A model generated the notes under the pieces. It searched no databases, had not been told where the DNA came from, and worked only from the letters and a program-made list of their open reading frames with translations. Of a DNA stretch of 33,919 nucleotides, positions 1 through 9,505 are shown one piece after another. Position 1 is the stretch's first letter, and every line of letters begins with the position of its first letter. The stretch is from an uncultured Verrucomicrobiales bacterium (GTDB lineage: Bacteria; Verrucomicrobiota; Verrucomicrobiia; Verrucomicrobiales; DEV007): positions 1 to 33,919 of the forward strand of contig CALKOM010000005.1 in assembly GCA_938091905.1 (NCBI GenBank), read 5' to 3'. A program made the translations under genes and the position numbers.

Positions 1-713
1 AGACGATTGATAGAGCGCTCATACTTCTGCAAAGCTTTCTTTGGATTCTTCCAGGGATTGTATCGCGTAGGCGCCTGCGGCAAGCCCGCCAAGTAGACGG
101 CTTCAGCCAGCGTGAGGGCACCACACCGTTTCCCAAAGTAGGAAAGCGAGGCACTTTCTGCTCCAATCCGCCGGTTCCCATAGTCCAAGCGGTTCAGATA
201 GCCTTCAAGCACCTGCCTTTTCGTCCACTCACGCTCTAACTTTAACGCAAGGATAGCCTCCAACCACTTTCGACGCCAGTCACGACCACGCTTCCCCAGA
301 TCTTGCTTAATCACCTGCTGAGTAATGGTCGAGCCTCCCCTTCGCAAACGACTCGCGCGAATATCAGACCAAGCTGCCGCCACAATCGCATAGGGATCCA
401 CTCCACTGTGATCATAGAAACGATGATCCTCCAAAGCCACGGTCACTTCTGGCAACCATCGCCCCATTTCTGACAGTTTCCCCACGACACGCGAGCGGGC
501 TCCTTTCTCCGCCAAGGTCGCCAGAACACCTCCCTCCGCATCATAGATCACGGGAGTGCCGTTCAATGGCTCTTTCGTCGAATCCGGAAATCGAGTGGTG
601 TGAATGAGGATCTCAAGAAAGACCACGCCAAGCAGGCCCAGCCCAACAAGCCAGAGAAACCCACGCCGAAGACGAGTTGGCCAAGGAATCTTCGTTTCAG
701 GTGCGATAGCCAT
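1..713 (-). CDS. Bifunctional penicillin-binding protein, GT51 transglycosylase domain (PBP1C-like); 3' end runs off the window
   Basis: Absent from the ORF track. Manual translation from ATG 713 (in-frame TGA just upstream) gives MAIAPETKIPWPTRLRRGFLWLVGLGLLGVVFLEIL (one TM), then VALEDHRFYDHSGVD, RGGSTITQQVIK, KWLEAILALKLE, YLNRLDYGN and LAEAVYLAGLPQAPTRYNP. These are the GT51 motifs. Confidence 0.92.
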   Translation of the reverse strand, partial: MAIAPETKIPWPTRLRRGFLWLVGLGLLGVVFLEILIHTTRFPDSTKEPLNGTPVIYDAEGGVLATLAEKGARSRVVGKLSEMGRWLPEVTVALEDHRFYDHSGVDPYAIVAAAWSDIRASRLRRGGSTITQQVIKQDLGKRGRDWRRKWLEAILALKLEREWTKRQVLEGYLNRLDYGNRRIGAESASLSYFGKRCGALTLAEAVYLAGLPQAPTRYNPWKNPKKALQKYERSINR

Positions 714-785
714 TCATTGGTAGCCTTACTCAGTATCAACAGGGTTTCACCTCGATTCGTCGCCCATTCGGCACTAGAAACTGTC

Positions 786-3700
786 ATGCACCGGCAACTC
801 ATCTCGCTTCTATGCACACTCCTACTCGCGCAGGCCCAGGAGGAGGCCTCAACCTGGAATGTCGACGAGCCTCCCGGCCCCAAGCGGGTGCAGATTATCG
901 ACGTGGACGAAGGCACCTGGATCAGCGTCGACATCAGTCCCGATGGCAAGACGGTTGTCTTCGATTTGTTAGGCAATCTTTACCTCATGCCAATCGCAGG
1001 GTCCGCCAATCCTAACAAAATCACTTCAGGAATGGCTTGGGACATGCAGCCACGTTTCAGTCCTGATGGAAAAACGATCGCTTTCACAAGTGATCGTACG
1101 GGCAAAGCTGGTCACGGAGGCAACAATCTCTGGACAATCCAACCGGATGGCAACGGGCTCACCCAGGTTACCGACGAAGATACCCATTTGGTCAATGGGC
1201 CCACGTGGTCCATGGATGGCGACTACCTGGTCGCGCGAAAGCACTTTACAAGTCGGCGTTCCTTGGGTGCCGGGGAAATGTGGATGTATCACCGGAGCGG
1301 GGTCGAGGGCGATGCCGCAGGCGGTGTGCAGCTGACGAAGAAGCCCAATGAACAGAAGGACGTAAATGAACCGGCCTTTTCACGCGACGGCAAGTTTCTC
1401 TACTACTCTCAAGACTCCACCCCAGGCGACACGTTTGAATACGACAAGGATTCGAACAAACAGATCTACGTCATCAAACGGCTCAACCTCGAGACCGGAG
1501 AAACCATCAATCTGATCTCAGGCCCAGGAGGCGCGTGTCGGCCCACGCCATCTCATGATGGGAAACAGATCGCATTCGTGCGCCGCGTGGGAGCGAAGAC
1601 AGGCCTGCACGTCTTCGATCTTGCCTCTGGCGCCATTCGGTTAGTCAATGATCAGTTAGAACGCGACATGCAAGAGGCCTGGGCCATTCACGGCGTGTAT
1701 CCTGCCTTTGCCTGGACACCCGATGATCAGTCGATCGTCCTGTGGGCACGCGGAAAGATTCGTAAGATCGCCATCGCAGATGGTAGCGAATCCGTCATTC
1801 CATTCCGGATCCAAGATGAACGCCAAGTCGTTGAAGCCCTCCGCACACCGGTCAAGGTTGCAGAAGACACCTTCTCTACCCGCATGCTCCGTTGGGTGCG
1901 AGTATCACCGAACGGCCGCCAAGTCGTCTTCCAAGCGTTGGGCTATCTCTATGTCAGGGACTTACCCAACGGGTCACCACAGCGACTCACGAGTCAGAAT
2001 GATCACTTCGAGTTCTGTCCCAACTTCTCTCGAGATGGCAAGGTACTGGTCTACACCACATGGAATGACAAGACGTTAGGCCAATGTCGAATCCTTGACC
2101 TTTCCACGAAGCAAAGCCGCGTGATCACGTCTCAACCTGGCCATTATCTCGATCCCGTCTTCTCCCCGGATGGCCAGACCATCGTGTTTCGCAAGGCGGG
2201 GGGAGGCTACTTGCGCTCCCATCTATGGTCCCAGGATCCTGGCCTTTACCGCGTCAACCAGTCCGGTGGCGAAGCCGAGCAGGTAAGCAAACGCGGGAAA
2301 CACCCGCAGTTCGCTGAGACCAACGACCGTATCTTCTTTATCGTGTCGTCCCCTGACAAAGACGCGGATCACGTGCGACTCATTTCAACCGACCTTGATG
2401 GCCATGAGGAACAAGAACACTACTCTAGCAAATGGGCAACCGACTTTGCTCTCTCGCCCGATGGGAAACGCATTGCCTTTATCGAGCGATTCAATGTCCA
2501 CCTCGCACCCTTTGTCCGGGCAGGCAAAGCCATCGAGGTTGGGCCAGAAGCCAAGGGCATCCCGGTTACAAAGGTTAGCGAACAGGCCGGCGATTGGATC
2601 CATTTCTCTGCCGATGGCACTCAGCTTCACTGGGCTCTCGGATCTCAGATGCACACCAAGGACCTCAGCGATCTTCAGAAGGCCTCGACCATGCAGGACC
2701 TCTCCTGGGAAGTGCCACATGCCAAGCCGACGACCACTTACGCCCTCACGGGCGCAAAGGTCGTCACGATGTCAGACAAAGGCATTCTCGAAGACGCTTC
2801 CATTCTCGTAGAAGGCAATCGTATTGCGGCAGTCGGCACACGTTCAGAAGTTGAGATTCCTGACACTGCCATACAGATCGATATTGCCGGCCAAGTCATT
2901 CTACCAGGATTCATCGACACGCATGCGCATGGCTCTCAAGCGAGTCAAGGGATCACGCCACAACAGAACTGGGTGGATCTTGCCCGACTGGCCTTTGGAG
3001 TCACCACCGTTCATGACCCATCCAATGACACGAAAGAGATCTTCGCCGCCAGTGAGATGACGCAAGCGGGCGTCATCACCGCACCACGGACGTTCTCCAC
3101 TGGCACCATTCTATATGGCGCAAGGGGAAGTTTCCGAGCAGAGGTGAACACCTTAGAAGATGCCACGTTTCATTTGGAACGCATGCAAGCCGTCGGTGCG
3201 TTCACAGTCAAGAGCTACAATCAACCCCGGCGGGATCAGCGGCAGAAGGTCCTTCAGGCAGCACGTCAGTTAGACATGATGGTCGTGCCCGAAGGCGGCT
3301 CCCTCTTCATGAACAACATGACCATGATCGTCGATGGCCACACCGGGATAGAGCACACGCTTCCTGTGCAGTATGCCTATGATGATGTGATGGATCTCTG
3401 GAGAGGCACGGGCGTTGGCTACACGCCCACGTTGTGTGTCGCTTTCGGAGGAATGTCAGGCGAGATCTACTGGTATCAGGAAGCCGACCTTTGGAAACAT
3501 CCACGCCTCCAGACATTTATCCCTCCACACGTGCTCGAACCACGCTCGCGCCGCCGGGAAACGGCTCCGATTGAAGATTTCAATCACATCAAAGTTGCTA
3601 GCATTACCAAACAACTAATCGACCAAGGGGGTCTCGTCCAGGCAGGTGGTCACGGTCAGCTCAACGGCATTTGTACCCACTGGGAAATGTGGAGCTATGT

Positions 3701-4046
3701 TCAAGGTGGCATGACGCCACTCGAAGCGCTTCGTTGTGGCACCCTGAATGGAGCCAAATACATTGGACTCGATGGCGATCTCGGATCCTTGGAGCCCGGC
3801 AAACTCGCCGACCTCATTGTGATCGCTAAAGACCACGATCCTACCATCAACATTCGCCATTCGGAGAACATCCAATGGGTCATGGCCAACGGAAACCTCT
3901 ACGACGCTAGCACGATGCGGGCGATCGACGGTGAGGAACGAGCGCCGTTCTTCTGGGTTCATCATGGTCCCGGGTCGGATCTCAGCGCACTGCCAACGTC
4001 AGGCTGTCAGCATTGTCGCCCCGGTGCCGGGACACTTCGCCATTAA
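786..4046 (+). CDS. Secreted amidohydrolase with N-terminal TolB-like/PD40 beta-propeller repeats
   Basis: Signal peptide from ATG 786 (MHRQLISLLCTLLLAQA). Repeated P-x-F/W-S-P/R-D-G units. Amidohydrolase motifs ILPGFIDTHAH, GVTTVHDP, VKSYNQP, GIEH and LGSLEPGKLADLIV. The ORF-track start at 600 overlaps the PBP gene and is unlikely. Confidence 0.88.
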   Translation: MHRQLISLLCTLLLAQAQEEASTWNVDEPPGPKRVQIIDVDEGTWISVDISPDGKTVVFDLLGNLYLMPIAGSANPNKITSGMAWDMQPRFSPDGKTIAFTSDRTGKAGHGGNNLWTIQPDGNGLTQVTDEDTHLVNGPTWSMDGDYLVARKHFTSRRSLGAGEMWMYHRSGVEGDAAGGVQLTKKPNEQKDVNEPAFSRDGKFLYYSQDSTPGDTFEYDKDSNKQIYVIKRLNLETGETINLISGPGGACRPTPSHDGKQIAFVRRVGAKTGLHVFDLASGAIRLVNDQLERDMQEAWAIHGVYPAFAWTPDDQSIVLWARGKIRKIAIADGSESVIPFRIQDERQVVEALRTPVKVAEDTFSTRMLRWVRVSPNGRQVVFQALGYLYVRDLPNGSPQRLTSQNDHFEFCPNFSRDGKVLVYTTWNDKTLGQCRILDLSTKQSRVITSQPGHYLDPVFSPDGQTIVFRKAGGGYLRSHLWSQDPGLYRVNQSGGEAEQVSKRGKHPQFAETNDRIFFIVSSPDKDADHVRLISTDLDGHEEQEHYSSKWATDFALSPDGKRIAFIERFNVHLAPFVRAGKAIEVGPEAKGIPVTKVSEQAGDWIHFSADGTQLHWALGSQMHTKDLSDLQKASTMQDLSWEVPHAKPTTTYALTGAKVVTMSDKGILEDASILVEGNRIAAVGTRSEVEIPDTAIQIDIAGQVILPGFIDTHAHGSQASQGITPQQNWVDLARLAFGVTTVHDPSNDTKEIFAASEMTQAGVITAPRTFSTGTILYGARGSFRAEVNTLEDATFHLERMQAVGAFTVKSYNQPRRDQRQKVLQAARQLDMMVVPEGGSLFMNNMTMIVDGHTGIEHTLPVQYAYDDVMDLWRGTGVGYTPTLCVAFGGMSGEIYWYQEADLWKHPRLQTFIPPHVLEPRSRRRETAPIEDFNHIKVASITKQLIDQGGLVQAGGHGQLNGICTHWEMWSYVQGGMTPLEALRCGTLNGAKYIGLDGDLGSLEPGKLADLIVIAKDHDPTINIRHSENIQWVMANGNLYDASTMRAIDGEERAPFFWVHHGPGSDLSALPTSGCQHCRPGAGTLRH

Positions 4047-6568
4047 CGACAGATCAACTTCCACAAATCGATCATCCCACTCGGCCGAATCCCCACCTCA
4101 CGATTTCGAGCCCCAATCTCGAAAGCGATCTGCCACTGCTTGAACAGCGTCCGGTAGGCATGCCACAAACCATGCTTGGGATCGTAGATGTTCGTGGACT
4201 CCGACGTGACCCCATTGAGCTCTAGCACTTTCAGGTTCCGGCCTTGCTGGAAGTCTTCTTCACTGGGCACACGAATATCATAACGTCCAAAGTAGAAGCC
4301 TGCAAAGCCACGACTCATGAGATCGATGCTCTTTCTAAGCGACTCGGTCAGATGCTCGCCACCATCGAGAAATAAGGCTCCTCGACAATGGGTGCCGACC
4401 TCAGTCAGAGCGACCCATTCGCCAGCCCTGGGAACCTCCAAGAGACGTGCTCCCAATTGGCTGATGAAGAACGGGGCCATGCAGACCGCCCGATCATCTG
4501 CGAGCAGCAGCGCTTCCAAATTCCGCACACCATCGCCTGCCACGCCAATCAATCGCTTGTCCGTAATCGAGAAGAGGTGCCCTTCCGCTTCATCAGGATA
4601 ACGATAGTAGAAGACCCCAAACTCCCGTCCCCCAATGTACTCCTGAACAATCGTCGGTTCTATGGCTTGAGCGAAGTAGGCTTGCGCCTCGTCCTCGGAC
4701 GGCACCACCTTCACACCACTGCCACGTTCCCCGACGTCGGGTTTCAGAACGACGGGAAACGTCAGCGACTGGAGGGCCATAAACTCCAGCATGTCAGCTA
4801 ACATCACTTCGGCATCCTGATGCCCAATCAAGCGCCACCGAGCCACTTCCGGGATATCACCCAGCCCCTCAAGAATCTCGCTCTTCGACTCCTTGACCAC
4901 GCCGCTGTGCGGAATCGAGGGATTCGCTGCGGTGAATAGCGTGAGACTCCGGTAGCGAATCGCAAGCCAAAGCAGATACAGGACGACCGGCGGATAGAAG
5001 AGCCACATCGGCCAGAACTCCCAGCGGATCTTGCGTCGCCAAGAAGACAGCAGAAGTCGTCGTCCGCGATAACTGCACAGTGGCACGACGAGCTTCAGCA
5101 TAGCCCAAAGAATCAACACCACCGCAACCAGACCTAACAAAGCGTAAGTTTCGAAACGCTCAAACCACCCCAACAACGGTCCGCCGATCCAACAAGCCAT
5201 TCCTACTAGCAAAGGCGTCCAGACGGCTGCTGCTAGCAAGAACCAACCGGCAAACTTCAAAAACGGCGCACGAAACATCCCCGACGCAAAGTAGGTCGGC
5301 AGGCGTGTTCCTGGGACAAAGCGGGTGGCAATGACGAGGGCTGGCCCCTGCTTCTGAAAGAACGCCGCCCCACGCTCAACTTGATTCCTCTTGAACATCC
5401 ATTTCAAGGGGGCACGGCGAAGCGCCGGCGGTCCGATCCACCGACCAGCCGTGTAGAGAAGCATGTCTCCGATGAATATCCCAAGGAGACAGCCCATCGT
5501 CGCAGGCACGAAATCCATCGCCCCACGCGCAACAAGTAGTCCAGCCCCAATGCACGTCAGGTCTTCCGAGACCAAGGTCGCCAGGGCTAACAAAACCATC
5601 ATAAAGATCACCGTTCCCCAGGCATCTCGCTGAGGGCGATGCTGGTCAAAGGGTTCGCTTGCGAGACTCACGCGACTGGGCACCGCCTGGGTGCGCGACG
5701 TCCCCTGCCCTGCTTCTACCCGATTCACAAAGTCGATCACTGGCGCGGCTACTTTCTCAGGCTGCCGAATGACCGTGATGTGATCTCCATCCTCGATCGT
5801 AGCCAATTCACTCTGCGGGACGAGCCGGTGGTGCTCCACTGCAGCGTCATAGGGCACCAGAAAGTCATTCTCCCCATGCACAATCAGTGTGGGATGCTCC
5901 AGCTTTTCTAGATAACTCCGATAAGGACGCTGATCGGTATCGTAGAAATTGCGGGCGTAGGATCGGTTCAAGGGAAACCGATCCATCCATCCGAAATGCG
6001 GCACGCTCGCTTGCAATCCGCTCAGGGCAGCGAGCTGCAATCCATGCACCGCATGATTTAAAGTGTAGTCTCCAAGCAACTCTAACTCTTGCACACCAAC
6101 CGACGAGACCATCACTATTGAAACCACGCGCTCCGGCTTCATCTCCATCATCTCCAACGCCACACCACCACCCATACTATAGCCTAACAGGTGCGCTTGA
6201 TCGATCTGCAGATGATCCATCAGCTCAAAGACCGCAAACGCGTGAGCACGCGTTGAATAGTCTTCGACATCTAACGTGGAGCCACCAAAGCCCGGCAGAT
6301 CAGGCACAATGAGCCTGGCATTCCCTTCAAGCTCATTCATGAGCGGCGTTAACGACACTGCAGCCACTGGGCTCCCATGCAATAGCACGAGATTTGGTAG
6401 CGAAGCCTCGCTACGATCGCGGTAGGAAACCTCGACCTCGCTCGATATCGTCACCGTCTGAGCACCATCCGGCGCCACGCCCGTCGTAACCTCTCGTCGC
6501 ACACAATGCGAGGCGCCTAGCAAGAGGCAATAAATCACCAAGAAGCTTCGAATGAGAACACGCCGCAT
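4043..6568 (-). CDS. Three-domain fusion: alpha/beta-hydrolase + DedA/VTT membrane domain + ATP-grasp (Ddl-like carboxylate-amine ligase)
   Basis: N-terminal hydrophobic leader (MRRVLIRSFLVIYCLLLGA). Hydrolase motifs LLHGSP, PDLPGFG, GYSMGG, HGENDF, GDH. DedA motifs SEDLTCIGAG, GDMLLY, ATRFVPGTRLP. ATP-grasp motifs FPVVLKPDVGERGSGV, IVQEYIGGREFG, GRYD, LELNG. ATG 6568 lies 2 nt after the NRDE stop. Confidence 0.85.
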   Translation of the reverse strand: MRRVLIRSFLVIYCLLLGASHCVRREVTTGVAPDGAQTVTISSEVEVSYRDRSEASLPNLVLLHGSPVAAVSLTPLMNELEGNARLIVPDLPGFGGSTLDVEDYSTRAHAFAVFELMDHLQIDQAHLLGYSMGGGVALEMMEMKPERVVSIVMVSSVGVQELELLGDYTLNHAVHGLQLAALSGLQASVPHFGWMDRFPLNRSYARNFYDTDQRPYRSYLEKLEHPTLIVHGENDFLVPYDAAVEHHRLVPQSELATIEDGDHITVIRQPEKVAAPVIDFVNRVEAGQGTSRTQAVPSRVSLASEPFDQHRPQRDAWGTVIFMMVLLALATLVSEDLTCIGAGLLVARGAMDFVPATMGCLLGIFIGDMLLYTAGRWIGPPALRRAPLKWMFKRNQVERGAAFFQKQGPALVIATRFVPGTRLPTYFASGMFRAPFLKFAGWFLLAAAVWTPLLVGMACWIGGPLLGWFERFETYALLGLVAVVLILWAMLKLVVPLCSYRGRRLLLSSWRRKIRWEFWPMWLFYPPVVLYLLWLAIRYRSLTLFTAANPSIPHSGVVKESKSEILEGLGDIPEVARWRLIGHQDAEVMLADMLEFMALQSLTFPVVLKPDVGERGSGVKVVPSEDEAQAYFAQAIEPTIVQEYIGGREFGVFYYRYPDEAEGHLFSITDKRLIGVAGDGVRNLEALLLADDRAVCMAPFFISQLGARLLEVPRAGEWVALTEVGTHCRGALFLDGGEHLTESLRKSIDLMSRGFAGFYFGRYDIRVPSEEDFQQGRNLKVLELNGVTSESTNIYDPKHGLWHAYRTLFKQWQIAFEIGARNREVGIRPSGMIDLWKLICR

Positions 6569-6570
6569 GA

Positions 6571-7287
6571 CTAGGAAGCGCGCGGCATTCGCGTGCACGT
6601 GGTCTCTAGCATCTCTGCAAACTCTCTTGCCTGAGGCTCGTAGTTCACCACGACCTCCCCCGCCGTCACACAAATGTGGCTGATGCTCATGGTCTGAGCA
6701 TCGTCACGCCTCATGAACACAGCATACGGCGATCCATGCACCGAGCCACTGCGATGGAACGCAGAGAGCGCCTTCGTGTCAGGATCCGATCCCAAACCTT
6801 TGAAAGCTTGCGCACGTAAGGAAATGGCTCGTCCGGAGTCGTAGGATGAGGTGGTCAGTGGCCGATCTTTCTCACCAAGTCTGAATGCCTGTAACGATGC
6901 CCCATTCCAGATCCAATGCCTCGGCACTTCCTCCGGAGCCACACACACCAAATGGAACGGTCGATACCGATCCAAGTTCATTGATTCCAAAGAGACGCAC
7001 TCCTCGGACGCCAACTGGAACGGCAAACGCCCTCGGCTCATCGGATGCTCTGGAGACGGCCGAATCGCAGCAAGATCGTAGTGATTCAGAAGAGCAAAGG
7101 TAACGCCCCGATCATTCACGGCCAACCAGGTGCCGCCGTGATCCGCATCGCGCGGGGCGATCAACCGCACGCCATTCTCTTCCATCACGGTTGGACTCAA
7201 CTCAGGTAAGCGAGTCTTTTTCTCATCACGATTGAAGAACACATGATAGGCGCCATCGGCCTCATGCTTCCAGGTCAACGTGCACAT
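6571..7287 (-). CDS. NRDE / TANGO2 family protein (Ntn-hydrolase-like fold)
   Basis: Starts MCTLTW (N-terminal Cys) at ATG 7287. Contains FFNRDE, GGTWLAVN, LLN, SRGRL, YRPFHL and TSS. The start overlaps the 3' end of the DinB gene. Confidence 0.9.
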   Translation of the reverse strand: MCTLTWKHEADGAYHVFFNRDEKKTRLPELSPTVMEENGVRLIAPRDADHGGTWLAVNDRGVTFALLNHYDLAAIRPSPEHPMSRGRLPFQLASEECVSLESMNLDRYRPFHLVCVAPEEVPRHWIWNGASLQAFRLGEKDRPLTTSSYDSGRAISLRAQAFKGLGSDPDTKALSAFHRSGSVHGSPYAVFMRRDDAQTMSISHICVTAGEVVVNYEPQAREFAEMLETTCTRMPRAS

Positions 7288-7799
7288 GCCTGGCTCGCTT
7301 GCGCTTGGCGGAACTTCAACGTACTTGGAGCCACACCAAAGTCTTGCGGTACCGCATGGCATTGCATTCGGCAAATCATGCCAATCAGCGCATAGTGATG
7401 CACCGTGTGACTGAGAAGAAACTGAAGTTCACGCCGAACGGATGATGCTGACCATTCAGACTCGCCACCACAGTCCATCTTGACCTGCAGATCTCGATCG
7501 AGGTCCGCAGGCTGGATCTCAGATAAGTCTGTCACCACCCCCTCAAGGATGGCTTTGGCCAAAGGCAACTCTCGCTCCAATCGATGGTCCCTCACACGAT
7601 GGTCATAATCCACACGCCCATCGGCCAGTCCCTGGCAGAAGCAATGATAGTGATCGATGTTGTGCCGAAGATGCGCTCCGATTGAAGCCTCATAGGCCGG
7701 CTTCTCCACCCGAACAAATTGCTCAGATGACAAGGTATCGAGCAAGGCGATGGCCTGCTGGACCGAACCAGTGTTGTCGAGAAGTATGGAAGCCAACAT
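7275..7799 (-). CDS. DinB family protein (His-ligated metal, four-helix bundle)
   Basis: SIGAHLRHNIDHY, VDYDHRVRD and RELQFLLSHTVHHYALI motifs. Probable start ATG 7799 (MLASILLD). Confidence 0.85.
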   Translation of the reverse strand: MLASILLDNTGSVQQAIALLDTLSSEQFVRVEKPAYEASIGAHLRHNIDHYHCFCQGLADGRVDYDHRVRDHRLERELPLAKAILEGVVTDLSEIQPADLDRDLQVKMDCGGESEWSASSVRRELQFLLSHTVHHYALIGMICRMQCHAVPQDFGVAPSTLKFRQAQASQACAR

Positions 7800-7998
7800 G
7801 AACTCGGGATTTGAATAGCGGATCAGCCGACTTGAGGCAAGCGAATCTGCCAAGGAGAAGAGCGAGAATTCACCCGAGATCAAGCACTCAGAAATTCTGG
7901 GAATAACTCCGTTTCACCCTCGTCATGCCAGGTCAGAGGGGCATCCGGCACGCAGGAACCCGCTCGACATCACCACGGTTTCGAGCCATCTTCCTGGC

Positions 7999-9429
7999 AT
8001 GAACCACGCTCACGCCCAGGATCTGTTTCGCCAGCACCGGCGCACCTTTCTCAAGCAATCCGGCATTGGCATCGGTGGCCTCGCCTTAAGTTCCCTCATT
8101 CAGGCGACTGGCAAGACCATGGCGATGGAAGATCACTGGTCTGGGATGATCGATCCCATGCACCTCGCGCCCAAAGCAAAGCGGGTGATCTTCCTTTGCA
8201 TGGCGGGTGGTCCTTCCCACCTGGAAACGTTAGACTACAAGCCCAAGCTAGCAGAAATGCACGGGCAACCCATGCCCGAGTCGTTCACGAAGGGGCAGCC
8301 AATCGCTCAACTCCAAGGAAACAAGAAGCTCACTTGCTTCGCACCACAACATCCGTTCGAACAATTCGGCGAATCTGGCCAACAGATTTGCTCCAAATTC
8401 CCTCACATTGGTAGTATCGCGGATGACATTTGCATCATCCGGTCGATGAAGACCGAACAGATCAATCACGATCCCGCTCATACGTTTATGAATACCGGGT
8501 CGTCCGTATCCGGTCGTCCCAGCATGGGATCCTGGGTACTCTACGGATTGGGGAGCGATGGGCAAGACCTGCCGGGCTTCGTCGTTCTCACCTCCAGTGG
8601 TGGTGGCCAAGATCAACCGATCGCTGCTCGTCAGTGGCACAGCGGCTTCCTCCCGAGCCGGTTCCAAGGCGTGCAGTTTCAATCAAAGGGCGATCCCGTT
8701 CTCTATGTCGGCCGCCCAGATGGCGTCAGTGAGCGTGATCAACGGCAAGTGTTAGATGCCGTCAATAAACTCAACCAAGTGCACAATGATCAAGTCGATG
8801 ATCCCGAGATCGCCACGCGCATCAGCCAGTATGAAATGGCCTTCAAGATGCAGGCCAGCGTCCCTGGCCTCATGGACATCTCGGACGAACCCCAGAGCGT
8901 GTTAGACATGTACGGCACCAAAGGCGGCGATGGCTCCTTTGCCTCCAACTGCCTGCTCGCCCGCAGGCTTGCCGAGCGCGGTGTCCGGTTCATCCAACTT
9001 TATCACCGCGGCTGGGATCACCACGGTGGAATCAAAAACGGCATCAACACCACGTCTCGACTCGTCGACCAAGGCTCCGCTGCCCTCGTCCGCGACCTCA
9101 AGCAACGCGGCATGCTCGAAGACACTCTCGTTGTCTGGAGCGGTGAATTTGGACGCACGCCCATGGCGCAAGGCTCCGGTCGCGATCACCATATCAAAGG
9201 CTTCTCCATGTGGATGGCCGGCGGCGGAATCAAAGGCGGCACCAGCTATGGCAACACCGATGAACTCGGCTACAACGCCGTCGAGAACGTCGTCCACGTA
9301 CACGACTTCCACGCCACCATGCTCCATCTCTTGGGCATCGAACATAAGCGTATGACGTATCGCTTCCAAGGCAGAGACTTCCGTCTAACAGACGTGCATG
9401 GCAACGTCGTGAAGGCGATTCTTAGTTAG
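7999..9429 (+). CDS. DUF1501 domain protein (sulfatase/alkaline-phosphatase-like), Tat-exported
   Basis: RRTFLK twin-arginine motif; AKRVIFLCMAGGPSHLETLDYKP, CLLARRLAERGVRFIQL, WDHH, GEFGRTP, GRDHH, FRLTDVHG. Confidence 0.92.
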   Translation: MNHAHAQDLFRQHRRTFLKQSGIGIGGLALSSLIQATGKTMAMEDHWSGMIDPMHLAPKAKRVIFLCMAGGPSHLETLDYKPKLAEMHGQPMPESFTKGQPIAQLQGNKKLTCFAPQHPFEQFGESGQQICSKFPHIGSIADDICIIRSMKTEQINHDPAHTFMNTGSSVSGRPSMGSWVLYGLGSDGQDLPGFVVLTSSGGGQDQPIAARQWHSGFLPSRFQGVQFQSKGDPVLYVGRPDGVSERDQRQVLDAVNKLNQVHNDQVDDPEIATRISQYEMAFKMQASVPGLMDISDEPQSVLDMYGTKGGDGSFASNCLLARRLAERGVRFIQLYHRGWDHHGGIKNGINTTSRLVDQGSAALVRDLKQRGMLEDTLVVWSGEFGRTPMAQGSGRDHHIKGFSMWMAGGGIKGGTSYGNTDELGYNAVENVVHVHDFHATMLHLLGIEHKRMTYRFQGRDFRLTDVHGNVVKAILS

Positions 9430-9441
9430 CAAAGAGCGAAC

Positions 9442-9477
9442 ATGGTGTCGCTCAACAAGAAATGGCGACACTCCCAT
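9442..9477 (+). terminator. Stem-loop after the DUF1501 stop (possible terminator or processing hairpin)
   Basis: GTGTCGC (9445-9451) pairs with GCGACAC (9465-9471), extendable by ATG/CAT. No strong U-tract. Confidence 0.35.
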
Positions 9478-9505
9478 CTTCGCATTGGCAGCGCTTCTAT
9501 AGCCC

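Noticed and set aside
563..976. 137-aa minus-strand ORF with a hydrophobic end
   Set aside because: Shadow frame. The real PBP gene is in another minus frame starting at 713, and the rest is antisense to the amidohydrolase.
7889..7899. CAGAA-A-TTCTG palindrome in the DinB/DUF1501 divergent region
   Set aside because: Too short to distinguish from chance, and no regulator is nearby.
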